From IMG/VR virus record IMGVR_UViG_3300017957_000012, positions 8,360 to 72,359 of that record: 64,000 bases of DNA. One strand, written 5' to 3'. Under the pieces are notes generated by a model. It made no database searches, was not told the origin of the DNA, and was given only the letters and a program-made list of their open reading frames with translations. A program made the position numbers and the translations under genes. Positions 18,901 through 27,221 of this stretch are shown here, in pieces. This DNA is from a virus. Position 1 is the first letter of the stretch. Each line of letters begins with the position of its first letter.

Positions 18901-20561
18901 CCTTCGAATTGATCTGTTTGCTCGTTAAAGCGAAGCATTCCTGGCTCAGCAGGGTTCGGCCTCTCGCTCGTAAAGCCCGATGGAACGATTATCGCCTTGC
19001 GAGATCTGAAATCTACAATACCAATAAATGATGCGTCGCCTGTTGAGTAATCAATAGTAAATCGATTATTTCCAGCACCGTATGTAATATCACCCTGATC
19101 ATCAATAATCAGTCTACGGATATTCGATGTAAAGAATTCGAGATCATCACCGTCGGCTCCGGCCGAGGTCTCTGCTCGAATAAATGTATCTTGATCAGAA
19201 TCAACAACACCGCCTAGGCCTGACCATGTCGTTCCGTTATAAGCTTCAAAGCGAGAATCAGACGTATTATAACGAATCATCCCCCGTTCAGCAGTCGGCC
19301 TGTCATTAGTTGTACCTACCGGTAAAATTAATCCGCCTGAACTATTGACATCGACTACATCAGATGTTATAATTAGACTATCCGACAAACCAGTAATAGA
19401 TGATAAAGTCTGAGCATAATCTACCTCAAACTCAGTATCACCGACAAGAGAAAGTCCGCGGCCAGCAGTGAAAGTACCAACACCTTGGAATTGCACGTAC
19501 GTAATGTCGTCAGTTCCAAGAACAAATCTTTCAGCATCTGCTACAGTAGCAACCCAACCCGTTTTCGCATGAGTTGAACCGTCGGTAACAAAGACCGCGT
19601 TTCCAGCGATTTCTTTATCTTCATTTGTAAGGTCAGATCGCTCAAAAATCCAAGGAGTTACTGCATCACCGACTTGTATTAATTCGTAGTGACCATTTTG
19701 CGTAGCGTCTGTTTGATCTTTAACGAGTAGCCCATCACCTAAACTCCAAACTGTCACACCATCAATGTTAAGTGTACCTGTAGGAGTTCGAGTAATTTGA
19801 TTTCCAGAGAAAACATATCCGCTGGGAAGATTTGCTGTTGTTGCAGCAAGAGCAGTCATTCTCGAAAGAATGTTATCTCGCTGTAAATCTACATATCTTT
19901 TGTTTGCGGCGTCGGTTGGATCAACTGGATCGGGTACTGTATTAAGAGAAGTACCAAGATAACCGAGTGTAACTACATCAGTATTAGCAACAGGTGCCCC
20001 AACATTTGAAATTGTCGCGCCGCCAACACTAATAACTCCGTTATTTGAGCTAAATTGTAGTGATGGACCTGATATTGTATCACCAGCAAAATTTACATTA
20101 CCGACGTTGAACGTGGTTAATCCACTAATATCAGTAGTCGATTCGCCAATCGTAATCGCAGTATTACCAAGTATAATATCCTTGGCTGTAATGAGAGTTC
20201 CGTCTGAAGTAAAGTTCAGAGGATTCAGTTCGGAGTTATAGAACGCAGTGATATGACCAAATTGATCAATATCGATGTTTGTGGTAATACCTAAGAGAGA
20301 GTTATTGGAGCTAACTGCTGATGTCGTAATCTCGTGAGAGATTGTTATTTCGGCGTTTTCTCTATCGTTAGGAGTAACGTCTAATCCGATACCTTCTTGA
20401 ATACTGGCTACATAAGAGCCTACTGTATCTATACCTAACGTAATAGAATCTGGAGTAATGATTGGCTTCTTTTCACCAGCCGCGACGACTGTCCGAGTCG
20501 CGTCTTGCTTCGGTACAGATCGGATTGATTTCGAGCCGCCTACCTTTACCTTGATGCTCAT
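15969..20561 (-). CDS. proximal tail fibre/structural protein with four GMIRxN..FExYxG..W repeats, ending DGGTF
   Basis: Repeated PxGxxxxRP...GM(I/L)R(Y/F)N...FE(G/A)Y(N/D)G..W..L.G..DxDQDT modules; DAANKRYVD and LLVKDQTDATQNG.Y motifs typical of phage fibres. Confidence 0.75.
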   Translation of the reverse strand: MSIKVKVGGSKSIRSVPKQDATRTVVAAGEKKPIITPDSITLGIDTVGSYVASIQEGIGLDVTPNDRENAEITISHEITTSAVSSNNSLLGITTNIDIDQFGHITAFYNSELNPLNFTSDGTLITAKDIILGNTAITIGESTTDISGLTTFNVGNVNFAGDTISGPSLQFSSNNGVISVGGATISNVGAPVANTDVVTLGYLGTSLNTVPDPVDPTDAANKRYVDLQRDNILSRMTALAATTANLPSGYVFSGNQITRTPTGTLNIDGVTVWSLGDGLLVKDQTDATQNGHYELIQVGDAVTPWIFERSDLTNEDKEIAGNAVFVTDGSTHAKTGWVATVADAERFVLGTDDITYVQFQGVGTFTAGRGLSLVGDTEFEVDYAQTLSSITGLSDSLIITSDVVDVNSSGGLILPVGTTNDRPTAERGMIRYNTSDSRFEAYNGTTWSGLGGVVDSDQDTFIRAETSAGADGDDLEFFTSNIRRLIIDDQGDITYGAGNNRFTIDYSTGDASFIGIVDFRSRKAIIVPSGFTSERPNPAEPGMLRFNEQTDQFEGYNGTAWGTLGGLKDSDQDTYIQVEASPGTDNDDINFFTAGTNRMSIDQDGDFRYGLAQNRITFDYLTGDAVFLGAVNFNSVGAITIPNGATSQRPSTADQGMIRYNTTDSAFEGYNGAQWIGLGGVIDADQDTKIIAETSSGADNDQLDFFTNGTHVLRINAAGNIRYGTSFNRFTVDYATGDMTTRGTLQTVGQATFASANVEDLTITQVVVAGTDGELEGTADFTYFNGLVTVPDLDVTGDLDVTGTMAIGQLSVGDLDKNRVVFVGDNGRLLTDTTFRFNPDTSTFIVGGDIDVDGNLTIGGNLIIGDAPTDSITVSADFESDLVPNEVGNYSLGTIGKNWYRVYTPTIISDTEIVTIDGAGALKLPIGNRLERPTGSAGMIRFNSQDSRFEGYDGTRWAGLAGSVIDVDQDTKITAESSADIDRLEFFTQGTRRFFIENTGEITTDPSQDLVFDVGGNINVGSTIITGVAAPVNQSDAVNLDYLENTFSSTLGIVDGPLLGTQRDLEVTDDPKVRLVNGLEVKAYSSANNAVDIGLTSPMAGSTGIYGNDGFTPRIRITEDGRIDFATEIPVELQANAIPDFTETSRDIIALMLEEGVQQGISVVNDDANDTMDFIVDDFDIILTGDVIGSARVLANSNTTISTSIDFTANADDRYVNETGDTMTGDLAVPKLLDAANNDFYIEPAATSQINSAIIGYGQAVSQLTFRDGPANQSSILYAAGGKIGFLNDVYNFAVYSDRSDSSWTVGGDTKAERFVDISNPNYFLDPSGTNSVFVQLALDNSLAVGSGNLVIDVNSISTVVTDITLNPATGIIRAANSVISDVLDPVGNLDVVNKRYLDNEITTSLSNLIGGEGLTYDVANTAFSANVDDVTLEIVNDVIRVKDSGIANAKIANPFISFAAETGNTDVVSLGEVITFGAGEGINTQVSNNQILIAGELATTANIGVASFAAANFNVTAGEVTVAELDGGTF

Positions 20562-20616
20562 CCCTTACTTTCCTATTGTTCTTTTTATAGCTTAAGACAT
20601 ATAAAGTTCCATAAGC

Positions 20617-20624
20617 TATTTATG
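20617..20624 (-). promoter_or_regulatory. T4-type late promoter (CATAAATA)
   Basis: In the 85-nt gap ahead of the 1530-aa gene. Confidence 0.55.
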
Positions 20625-20646
20625 GTTTGTGCACTTACTCAGAAAA

Positions 20647-21060
20647 TTAAAGTACGGGATCCCAATGAGCAGGCCGACCACGATCTATATTCGTGTCGAT
20701 TAAATTTGCGCGCTTATCGCTTACTGTAGTTTCCAACGCAGCTACTTGACTTTCTCCAAGCTTCGTCTTTATCCATGCTACAACATCATCTTTAGGAAGT
20801 TGATCAATCGGTGTAAATGCATCACCGGGTGGATCGAGCTTAATAGATCCGTGTACTGTAACGCCATTCTCGATTGTTTTAGTTTTAGTAGGATCTATGA
20901 TCATTAAATTTTCATCTAAATTATCAGTTTCATCGGGTACAATCATATCATACCAAGCAATAAGTTTATAGAATACTTCTAAAATAACGTTTTCTAATTC
21001 ACCGCTTACTTTAGCGTATTTTATTTGTTCAATTTCCCATGTAATTTCTTCGCGTGCCAT
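20647..21060 (-). CDS. small tail-fibre-associated/assembly protein (DUF7936-like)
   Basis: Start re-called to ATG 21060 (MAREEITWEI; GAGGA SD); FTPIDQLPKDDVVAWIK matches the two paralogs near 1.8-2.5 kb. Confidence 0.55.
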   Translation of the reverse strand: MAREEITWEIEQIKYAKVSGELENVILEVFYKLIAWYDMIVPDETDNLDENLMIIDPTKTKTIENGVTVHGSIKLDPPGDAFTPIDQLPKDDVVAWIKTKLGESQVAALETTVSDKRANLIDTNIDRGRPAHWDPVL

Positions 21061-21071
21061 TTTAATTCCTC

Positions 21072-21599
21072 TTAAGCTGCTATAAACTCGAAATCGAGTG
21101 CTATCCATTCTCTATTTTGATTTCCAGATCCAAACCACCTAATATTTCCACTCGTATCTACTATAAGATTTTCAGGTCCGTCTGCGGATACACTACCCTG
21201 ATTGTGCGGCCAGGACATATTCGGGCCCGTCATTGCAGGAAACATAAGTGTTCTTCCTGGCCTATATCCCGTCGGTAATGTATAAACTATTTCTTCACTC
21301 ATCGATCCTGGCGTGTAATTTAATCGAGAACCAGTGCCACCATAAGTTGAATCACTATTTGGATATGTAGATATTAATCCTTGCACCTTTACAATATTTT
21401 GGTGTTTTGCGTAGCCAGGTGTGAATTGTGTTGTAGAATAATATCCAAAATATCCCGTTAAAAAATTAGGGAACTGTTGGTATCCAAACGTGCCAAAACT
21501 CGATCCGCTAAACGCAATCCATGGCGAGTTACTTGCAGTAATTCCTCCACTAATATTAAAACTACTAATAGAAGAAGATGTAAGTTGTAAGTTAGCCAT
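21072..21599 (-). CDS. putative fibre-tip receptor-binding protein (paralog 3)
   Basis: MANL start; YAKHQNIVKVQGLI...YTLPTGYRP...IVDTSGNI...WIALDFEF beta-sandwich head pattern. Confidence 0.55.
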   Translation of the reverse strand: MANLQLTSSSISSFNISGGITASNSPWIAFSGSSFGTFGYQQFPNFLTGYFGYYSTTQFTPGYAKHQNIVKVQGLISTYPNSDSTYGGTGSRLNYTPGSMSEEIVYTLPTGYRPGRTLMFPAMTGPNMSWPHNQGSVSADGPENLIVDTSGNIRWFGSGNQNREWIALDFEFIAA

Positions 21600-22111
21600 T
21601 ACTCACCCGCCCAAAAAGAAAAATTGATACTCATTGGTTGATTACCTGGATGTGGACATCCATAATCATTTGGAGTACTTCCGCTAATTTCATCGGGTCT
21701 AACCAGCCCGGTGCTAAAAATCCTCCAACGATATCTTATCCGATTACTATTAATTGGTCCGCCGCTAACAATTGGATACACCGCAATTGATGTGCCGCCC
21801 GATCCGTCCTGGTGCTGTGGCCTGTATCCCATCGGAAATTGCCACACGTCTAGATAGGGGGGATCATTACCGGCGGAAGAATATTTTATTATACCTTCGA
21901 CAAAAACGGTTCCATCTATTTTTGTGTATCGAGGTGCGACATTTGCTCCGCTATTCCACAACGCAGAATTAGTTGTAGAATATGGATCGTTACTAAAAGC
22001 AGTCCAGTTATTCAAAGGAGTTATAGAGGTCCATAGCGCGCTATAAGTTGTGGTCGCTGGATCTGATATATACACAGGTCCCGTTACATTAACAGCAACT
22101 AGATTAGCCAT
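21599..22111 (-). CDS. putative fibre-tip receptor-binding protein (paralog 2)
   Basis: Start re-called to ATG 22111 (MANLVAVN; TAATG overlap with the upstream stop); RYTKIDGTVFVEGII...QFPMGYRP...IFSTGLV...INFSFWA. Confidence 0.55.
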   Translation of the reverse strand: MANLVAVNVTGPVYISDPATTTYSALWTSITPLNNWTAFSNDPYSTTNSALWNSGANVAPRYTKIDGTVFVEGIIKYSSAGNDPPYLDVWQFPMGYRPQHQDGSGGTSIAVYPIVSGGPINSNRIRYRWRIFSTGLVRPDEISGSTPNDYGCPHPGNQPMSINFSFWAGE

Positions 22112-22689
22112 TATACAGTTCCCGCCCAATATCTCACTAAAACTGTAGTCCAAGAATTATTATTTGCAATTGTATAAGCAGTTCCACTTGATAAGTTTCC
22201 CGAGTTATTAGGGGCATTACCCCCAAGCGTATCGGCACCAGTTGGGCCAGTGAATGCTTTTACAGAGCCATTACTTCCGCTGATTCGTATTTCAATCGCG
22301 CCTTCGTGTCTTATGTTATCGCCACCGAATGAATTAGTATCACCTGCGACTCGAAGCATACCTGTCGTAATAATAGTATCATATGGTGGTGGTCTAACAG
22401 CTCCTGAATTTGCGTATCCGGTTGGTCTATAACCCACGGGTAAAGTATAAATGACTCGACTTGATACAAAGCCTGGTGCTGAGGTTTCTGCTATCCCATC
22501 TAATTGAATAGCTAAATCAACCCAATCTCCAAATTTCCGGGCAGATAAATTAGCGCTGAGATTCGTAAAATTACCCCAAGGATCTTGTTGCGGATACTCT
22601 TGTTGATCGCTGCTCAAACCGGCCGGCACTGAAAACACAGTACCATAAGTAAATCCAGTAACAGTTGTGCCTGATAAAAGATTAGCCAT
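22111..22689 (-). CDS. putative fibre-tip receptor-binding protein (paralog 1)
   Basis: MANLLSGTTVTG start overlapping the fibre stop; ARKFGDWVDLAI...YTLPVGYRP...VLVRYWA. Confidence 0.55.
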   Translation of the reverse strand: MANLLSGTTVTGFTYGTVFSVPAGLSSDQQEYPQQDPWGNFTNLSANLSARKFGDWVDLAIQLDGIAETSAPGFVSSRVIYTLPVGYRPTGYANSGAVRPPPYDTIITTGMLRVAGDTNSFGGDNIRHEGAIEIRISGSNGSVKAFTGPTGADTLGGNAPNNSGNLSSGTAYTIANNNSWTTVLVRYWAGTV

Positions 22690-25600
22690 TCTTTTCTAAG
22701 TCCTCGATTCTTTTCTCAAGCTTTTGAATGTGATCAATCAAATATGGAATGAGCCTCGAGTATTGAAGACCTTCTGGATTTCCTTCTTCATTATAACTAA
22801 CAACATTGGTACATACTTCTGCAACTTCTTCTGCAATCAAGCCCGGAATATCTTTTCCGCCCGAGTCTTTCTCGTCATATAAGACGGGTCTCAACTGCGG
22901 GATTATTGAAGCGTCTAGGTCTCTTACATTTTCTTTATATCTAATGGATGAAAGCTCAGTAATTGTTCCGCCGACATAGAGATCACTTGCAATACCTACA
23001 CCACCATCGACAATAAGAGCACCAGTAGTAGCAGAAGTAGAGTTTGTAGTATCTTCTACCTCTACTTGCGTAGCAAATTTAGCAATGTTCAGAACTTGAT
23101 TATGCTCTAGTACCTCTACATTGTTATTATAAAGTCTTATAGTTGTGCCACCTACGCCACCATTTGAACACTGAAGACCCGTAGTGCTCGGCGTTGAGAA
23201 ATAGTATCCAGTTGAAGATCCTGAAGTTGCATAATCTACAGTAAGTGTTCCGTTAAATTCAAAGCTTGCGTCTGAAGAAGACCCGAGACTATCAATAAAT
23301 ATGGACTCAAATCGAGAATATTCGCCAGTAGTAGGGGTATTGTTTGCCAGCACTTTTAAAAGCTGTTGCCCGTTTGTTCCACCGGTGAGGAATGTTTCAA
23401 ATCTACCAACTTCTTGCTCACTAGCAACTGCGGTACTTTTTCTTACATGGAAAGGAGCTAGAGGTGTTACACCAATACCAACCTCGCCGCCAGACTTAAT
23501 GCGCATAGCCTCTGTTTGTGCGTTATTTAAAACGGGTGAGAAAACTAGAGCAACATCTCTACTTGCACTGGTGCTAAAGTCTGCATTTTCTTTTTTACCA
23601 AATATTAAGGCACCATTACCTCTCGAATCTGGTGATAAGAATAACGATGCAGTTTGCGTTGTGGTGTTAGAGTTGTCCGTATTGTAAAGACGAATTTGTG
23701 CAGAGCCACCGGTCGCTTCTTCTCTTATATCTAATTTGGAAACAGGTGCATGAGTTCCAATTGCTACATCACCGTTATCTTGAATAGTAAAGAGAGTGTC
23801 AGCACTATTGGTTTTTACTCCAAAAACCCTGTTCGTTTGATCGTTGTCAGAGTCAATATTAAATAAGAGTGACTCTAGCGCATCTATTTGTATACCGTCT
23901 GCAGCATTAAAACTTAAACCACCTACTGTTATTGCGTCTGTAGTTGAACTACCTCGTCCAGTCACAGTAGCAAGTGTATCTGCTTCAGCAGTTAAGTATG
24001 ATTGTAAGTCTGTAATCTGAGACTCAGTAATTCTAATATCTGTTTGATGCTGAGTTACGTCTGTATTCGAAACAGATGTGAGATAACTCGACAAATCGGG
24101 TGGTGTAAAGATAAGCGCTGTATTACCAGAATCGTATGCAAGGCCCGCAGTTCCTGGCGAAGCATTTGAAACAGTAAGATCAGTCGAAAGATTACCCGTT
24201 CCTAAAATATTATTTGTTGGAGTCGATCCATAGATTACAAATGTGAACGGCGAGAATGTGCTTGGGGTACGACTTTGTGTGTCATCATAGAAACCCGCCG
24301 TAAAACCATTTACTGTTTTATTAGAGATTTCAACGAAGTAGTTATCGAAAACATCACAATCGGTAATAACTGCATAGTTAGTATCAGGTTGAGCACTATC
24401 AAATGTAAAGTCGAACGTATAATTAGATCCATTCCAGTTTGACCAGCTAATTCCTGTACCAGAGCCATTCGATGTGCTATTAACAACAGCAAATGCAAAC
24501 GGTGCAATCACACTTGAGGTAGCACCAGAATTGACTTTCCACGTAGAGGTACCATTATCATATGCAAGTATAGATCCATCAACCGCACCTGTTGTATCTA
24601 CATCGCTGAGAACACTTACAGAATCGGTAGTCTCAACCATGTTAGCAATATCGCTATCATTTGCTAGTTTATTCCAGCTACCACTATGAGCAAAATACAT
24701 TGCACCATCGGCATGACTGTGAGCAATCGCACCATGATAAGTCGAAGCATTAGGGAATGCTGCTTGATTAGCATAAAGGAATGGAATGATCGCTGTTGTG
24801 GTAGTAGAGTTTCCTCTCTGTATTACATCGTCAAGAGTAGAAGACTCAGTATAAGTTGTAAGGTATGGTTGCAAATCACTTATCTGGGATTCAGTAATCG
24901 TTAACGCTGCTTCATGCTGAGTTACGTTATTTGCAGAAACCGTTTGATCGAGTAATTGGCCAACAGCATCGAGAGTTGCCGTACCAGAAGGCTGACCTTT
25001 TTCTGCAGTATAAACTGGATCGACTTCAGCAGTCAAATAAGCTTGCAAGTCAGTAATCTGAGACTCAGTAATTCTAATATCTGAATTATGTTGAGTAACA
25101 TCAGTGTTTGAAACGCTTGTCAAATAACGACCTTCTAAATTAGTAATAACTGTCGTGTTATCTGACCGAGTAAGAGTCAAGTCTCCGTTGTTTACATTAA
25201 ACGCACCTGTAGTAATACGAGTTAAGTTTGTATCATCAAATAAAGGATTGAAGTTAACTGTAAATGTAGATGCGTCATCTCTCACAAATGTTGCGATGCC
25301 TGTATTAGCGTCAAGCGTACCACTCACTAATCGAGCCAAGTTAGTGTCATCGACTGCCCAACTGAGATCGACTGCATTAACTGCACCTGTCTCGTCTGTA
25401 AAGCGAAGTTCTTGACTTACACTATTAGCCGTAAGAACTGTCGTCGTTTCAGAAGTGAGGTATGCTTGTAAATCTGTAATTTGAGATTCAGTAATTCTCA
25501 AATCAGCCTGGTGTTGTGTAACATCAGTATTCGATACACCAAGATCTGTGATTTGGCTTTGAGTAATACGAATGTCAGACTGATGTTGCGTTACGTCAGT

Positions 25601-26734
25601 GTTCGAGACTGAGAGAAGATATGGTCTCAAATCAGTAATCTGAGACTCAGTAATTCTCAAATCAGTTTGGTGTTGAGTAACGTCTGTGTTTGATACGTTA
25701 AAGTCTACAATTTGACTTTGGTTAATTCGTATGTCAGACTGATGCTGAGTTACGTCTGTATTTGATACTGCCGTGAGGTAAGCTTGTAAGTCTCCGATTT
25801 GATTTTCGAAGATGATAAGGTTACCTTCATATTGTACGACAGCAGATTGAGAAATAAACTGATCTGGAACTGTGTCCCAAGTTACGTTCGCGGTTAGATC
25901 GTTGATTTCACCGGCTGTAGTAATATAGTTCGCATCATTGGTCCATTGACTAATATTACCGGTCTTATTCGTAAAGTTCATTGCATTATTAGGTAATGCA
26001 TAACCCTGTAGGTCAGTAATCTGAGACTCAGTAATTCGAATATCTGAGTTATGTTGTGTAACGTCCGTATTCGAAACAGAAAGAAGATATGGTCTCAAGT
26101 CAGTAATCTGAGATTCGACTATACGAATATCTGAATTATGTTGAGTGACGTCAGTGTTTGACACATAGAAATCTGTGACTTGAGATTGTAAAATACGAAT
26201 GTCAGATTGGTGTTGTGTGACATCAGTATTAGATACGAACGTCAAATAACCTACGTTATTTTGAAGTGTACTAATGTTTCTACCTGGCTGCAATGCAGAA
26301 TCAGCGAGAGCACCTTGTGCAGCAGTCGCTGCGTCTGTAATTCCATATCCAGCAAGTGTAGTCGGTGTAGACGTCAAATCCCCAAAAGAAACAGACGTCA
26401 AATAATTTTGCAAATCACTAATTTGTGATTCTGTAATAGTGATTCCTGTCTCGTGTTGAGTTACATCTGCAAGAGTAACAGTATAATCAGTAATATAGCC
26501 AGGATCATTTGTGAATGCACTGAGTAATGTAGGAACACCCGTTAAACTTGCATATTGGCCATCGAAATTTTCTCCGATTTCAATAACATCTTCAATACCA
26601 TTTTGAACTGTTTTAAAAAATAGCTTACCGTCATAAGTATTGAGAGCAATTTCGCCTTCGAATAAATCTTCTGTAGTTGGGCGTCTATCTACTACGTTAC
26701 TTCTTTTATGTAGATAAGTGAATGGACTTGACAT
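22682..26734 (-). CDS. tail fibre with Mtd-N-like start, VTQH repeats and C-terminal S74 chaperone
   Basis: HKRSNVVDRRPTTEDLFEGEIALNTYDGKLFFK start; ends ELSSIRYKENVRDL...PGLIAEEV...LQYSRL plus coiled coil. Confidence 0.8.
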   Translation of the reverse strand: MSSPFTYLHKRSNVVDRRPTTEDLFEGEIALNTYDGKLFFKTVQNGIEDVIEIGENFDGQYASLTGVPTLLSAFTNDPGYITDYTVTLADVTQHETGITITESQISDLQNYLTSVSFGDLTSTPTTLAGYGITDAATAAQGALADSALQPGRNISTLQNNVGYLTFVSNTDVTQHQSDIRILQSQVTDFYVSNTDVTQHNSDIRIVESQITDLRPYLLSVSNTDVTQHNSDIRITESQITDLQGYALPNNAMNFTNKTGNISQWTNDANYITTAGEINDLTANVTWDTVPDQFISQSAVVQYEGNLIIFENQIGDLQAYLTAVSNTDVTQHQSDIRINQSQIVDFNVSNTDVTQHQTDLRITESQITDLRPYLLSVSNTDVTQHQSDIRITQSQITDLGVSNTDVTQHQADLRITESQITDLQAYLTSETTTVLTANSVSQELRFTDETGAVNAVDLSWAVDDTNLARLVSGTLDANTGIATFVRDDASTFTVNFNPLFDDTNLTRITTGAFNVNNGDLTLTRSDNTTVITNLEGRYLTSVSNTDVTQHNSDIRITESQITDLQAYLTAEVDPVYTAEKGQPSGTATLDAVGQLLDQTVSANNVTQHEAALTITESQISDLQPYLTTYTESSTLDDVIQRGNSTTTTAIIPFLYANQAAFPNASTYHGAIAHSHADGAMYFAHSGSWNKLANDSDIANMVETTDSVSVLSDVDTTGAVDGSILAYDNGTSTWKVNSGATSSVIAPFAFAVVNSTSNGSGTGISWSNWNGSNYTFDFTFDSAQPDTNYAVITDCDVFDNYFVEISNKTVNGFTAGFYDDTQSRTPSTFSPFTFVIYGSTPTNNILGTGNLSTDLTVSNASPGTAGLAYDSGNTALIFTPPDLSSYLTSVSNTDVTQHQTDIRITESQITDLQSYLTAEADTLATVTGRGSSTTDAITVGGLSFNAADGIQIDALESLLFNIDSDNDQTNRVFGVKTNSADTLFTIQDNGDVAIGTHAPVSKLDIREEATGGSAQIRLYNTDNSNTTTQTASLFLSPDSRGNGALIFGKKENADFSTSASRDVALVFSPVLNNAQTEAMRIKSGGEVGIGVTPLAPFHVRKSTAVASEQEVGRFETFLTGGTNGQQLLKVLANNTPTTGEYSRFESIFIDSLGSSSDASFEFNGTLTVDYATSGSSTGYYFSTPSTTGLQCSNGGVGGTTIRLYNNNVEVLEHNQVLNIAKFATQVEVEDTTNSTSATTGALIVDGGVGIASDLYVGGTITELSSIRYKENVRDLDASIIPQLRPVLYDEKDSGGKDIPGLIAEEVAEVCTNVVSYNEEGNPEGLQYSRLIPYLIDHIQKLEKRIEDLEKNG
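24000..26470 (-). repeat. dispersed/tandem ~24-28 aa coding repeat SNTDVTQHxxDIRITESQITDL (11 copies plus 1 degenerate)
   Basis: Counted in the translation; DNA copies are near-identical (e.g. gtaatctgagactcagtaatt recurs). Confidence 0.85.
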
Positions 26735-26749
26735 TTACTTTTCCTCTAA

Positions 26750-27148
26750 TTAAAAAGTGCCACCGTCACCAACGCCATCAGAAGGCAATTGATTGACTGA
26801 ACTTGGAGTATAGGTTGTTGTGTCAGTGATAGTACCGACTACGATAGCGAGACCTTCAGCGATCTTAGAAATTTCACCGGTTGGCTTTTCCATCAACACG
26901 TCGTATTGATATTTGCCGGGCTTGAGGTTCACTGTGATTTCGTCAGGAAGAACAAGCGTGACATCATTTGTGTCCGGACCTTTCTCAATATCAAAGTCCG
27001 TTATCTTAGTCGTAGAATATAACTTTCGCATAGTAGCAAAAATGTTATAGTTATCTACGTCTAACTCATCATTGTCAGCATCAAAAAGTTCTAGGCTGAC
27101 TCGAAAATCAGCACCCTGATCGATGTAAATATTTGCTCTAGAAGACAT
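26750..27148 (-). CDS. conserved T4-like fibre adaptor (LtfC/BppU-like beta-sandwich) with C-terminal DGGTF extension
   Basis: MSSRANIYIDQGADF...MRKLYST...LKPGKYQYDV...KIAEGLA pattern. Confidence 0.65.
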   Translation of the reverse strand: MSSRANIYIDQGADFRVSLELFDADNDELDVDNYNIFATMRKLYSTTKITDFDIEKGPDTNDVTLVLPDEITVNLKPGKYQYDVLMEKPTGEISKIAEGLAIVVGTITDTTTYTPSSVNQLPSDGVGDGGTF

Positions 27149-27166
27149 GTTAATTCCTTTTTTCTC

Positions 27167-27174
27167 TATTTATA
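27167..27174 (-). promoter_or_regulatory. T4 late promoter (TATAAATA, perfect)
   Basis: Exact consensus, just downstream of a terminator and 18 nt before the ATG at 27148. Confidence 0.8.
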
Positions 27175-27194
27175 ATTCTTCGGATAAAGGAATC

Positions 27195-27217
27195 AAAAGA
27201 AAGGGGCCGAAGCCCCT
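27195..27217 (-). terminator. Rho-independent terminator with UUCG tetraloop
   Basis: Minus strand AGGGGC-TTCG-GCCCCT-TTCTTTT, immediately after the stop of 27222-28028. Confidence 0.9.
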
Positions 27218-27221
27218 ATCA

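Noticed and set aside
20587-20619. 8-bp inverted repeat ATAGCTTA/TAAGCTAT near a late promoter
   Set aside because: AT-rich and weak with a long loop; plausible by chance and not a convincing terminator.
21061-22153. Longer starts in the ORF track (21108, 22153; also 12775)
   Set aside because: They overlap upstream genes or lack SD spacing; the downstream ATGs fit SDs, stop-start coupling and paralog N-termini.
3020-22689. Shufflon or invertible tail-fibre switch
   Set aside because: No recombinase, no inverted cassettes and no flanking inverted crossover sites; all modules share one orientation.
13675-26470. CRISPR-like arrays suggested by periodic DNA repeats
   Set aside because: The repeats are in-frame coding repeats with synonymous variation and no unique spacers.
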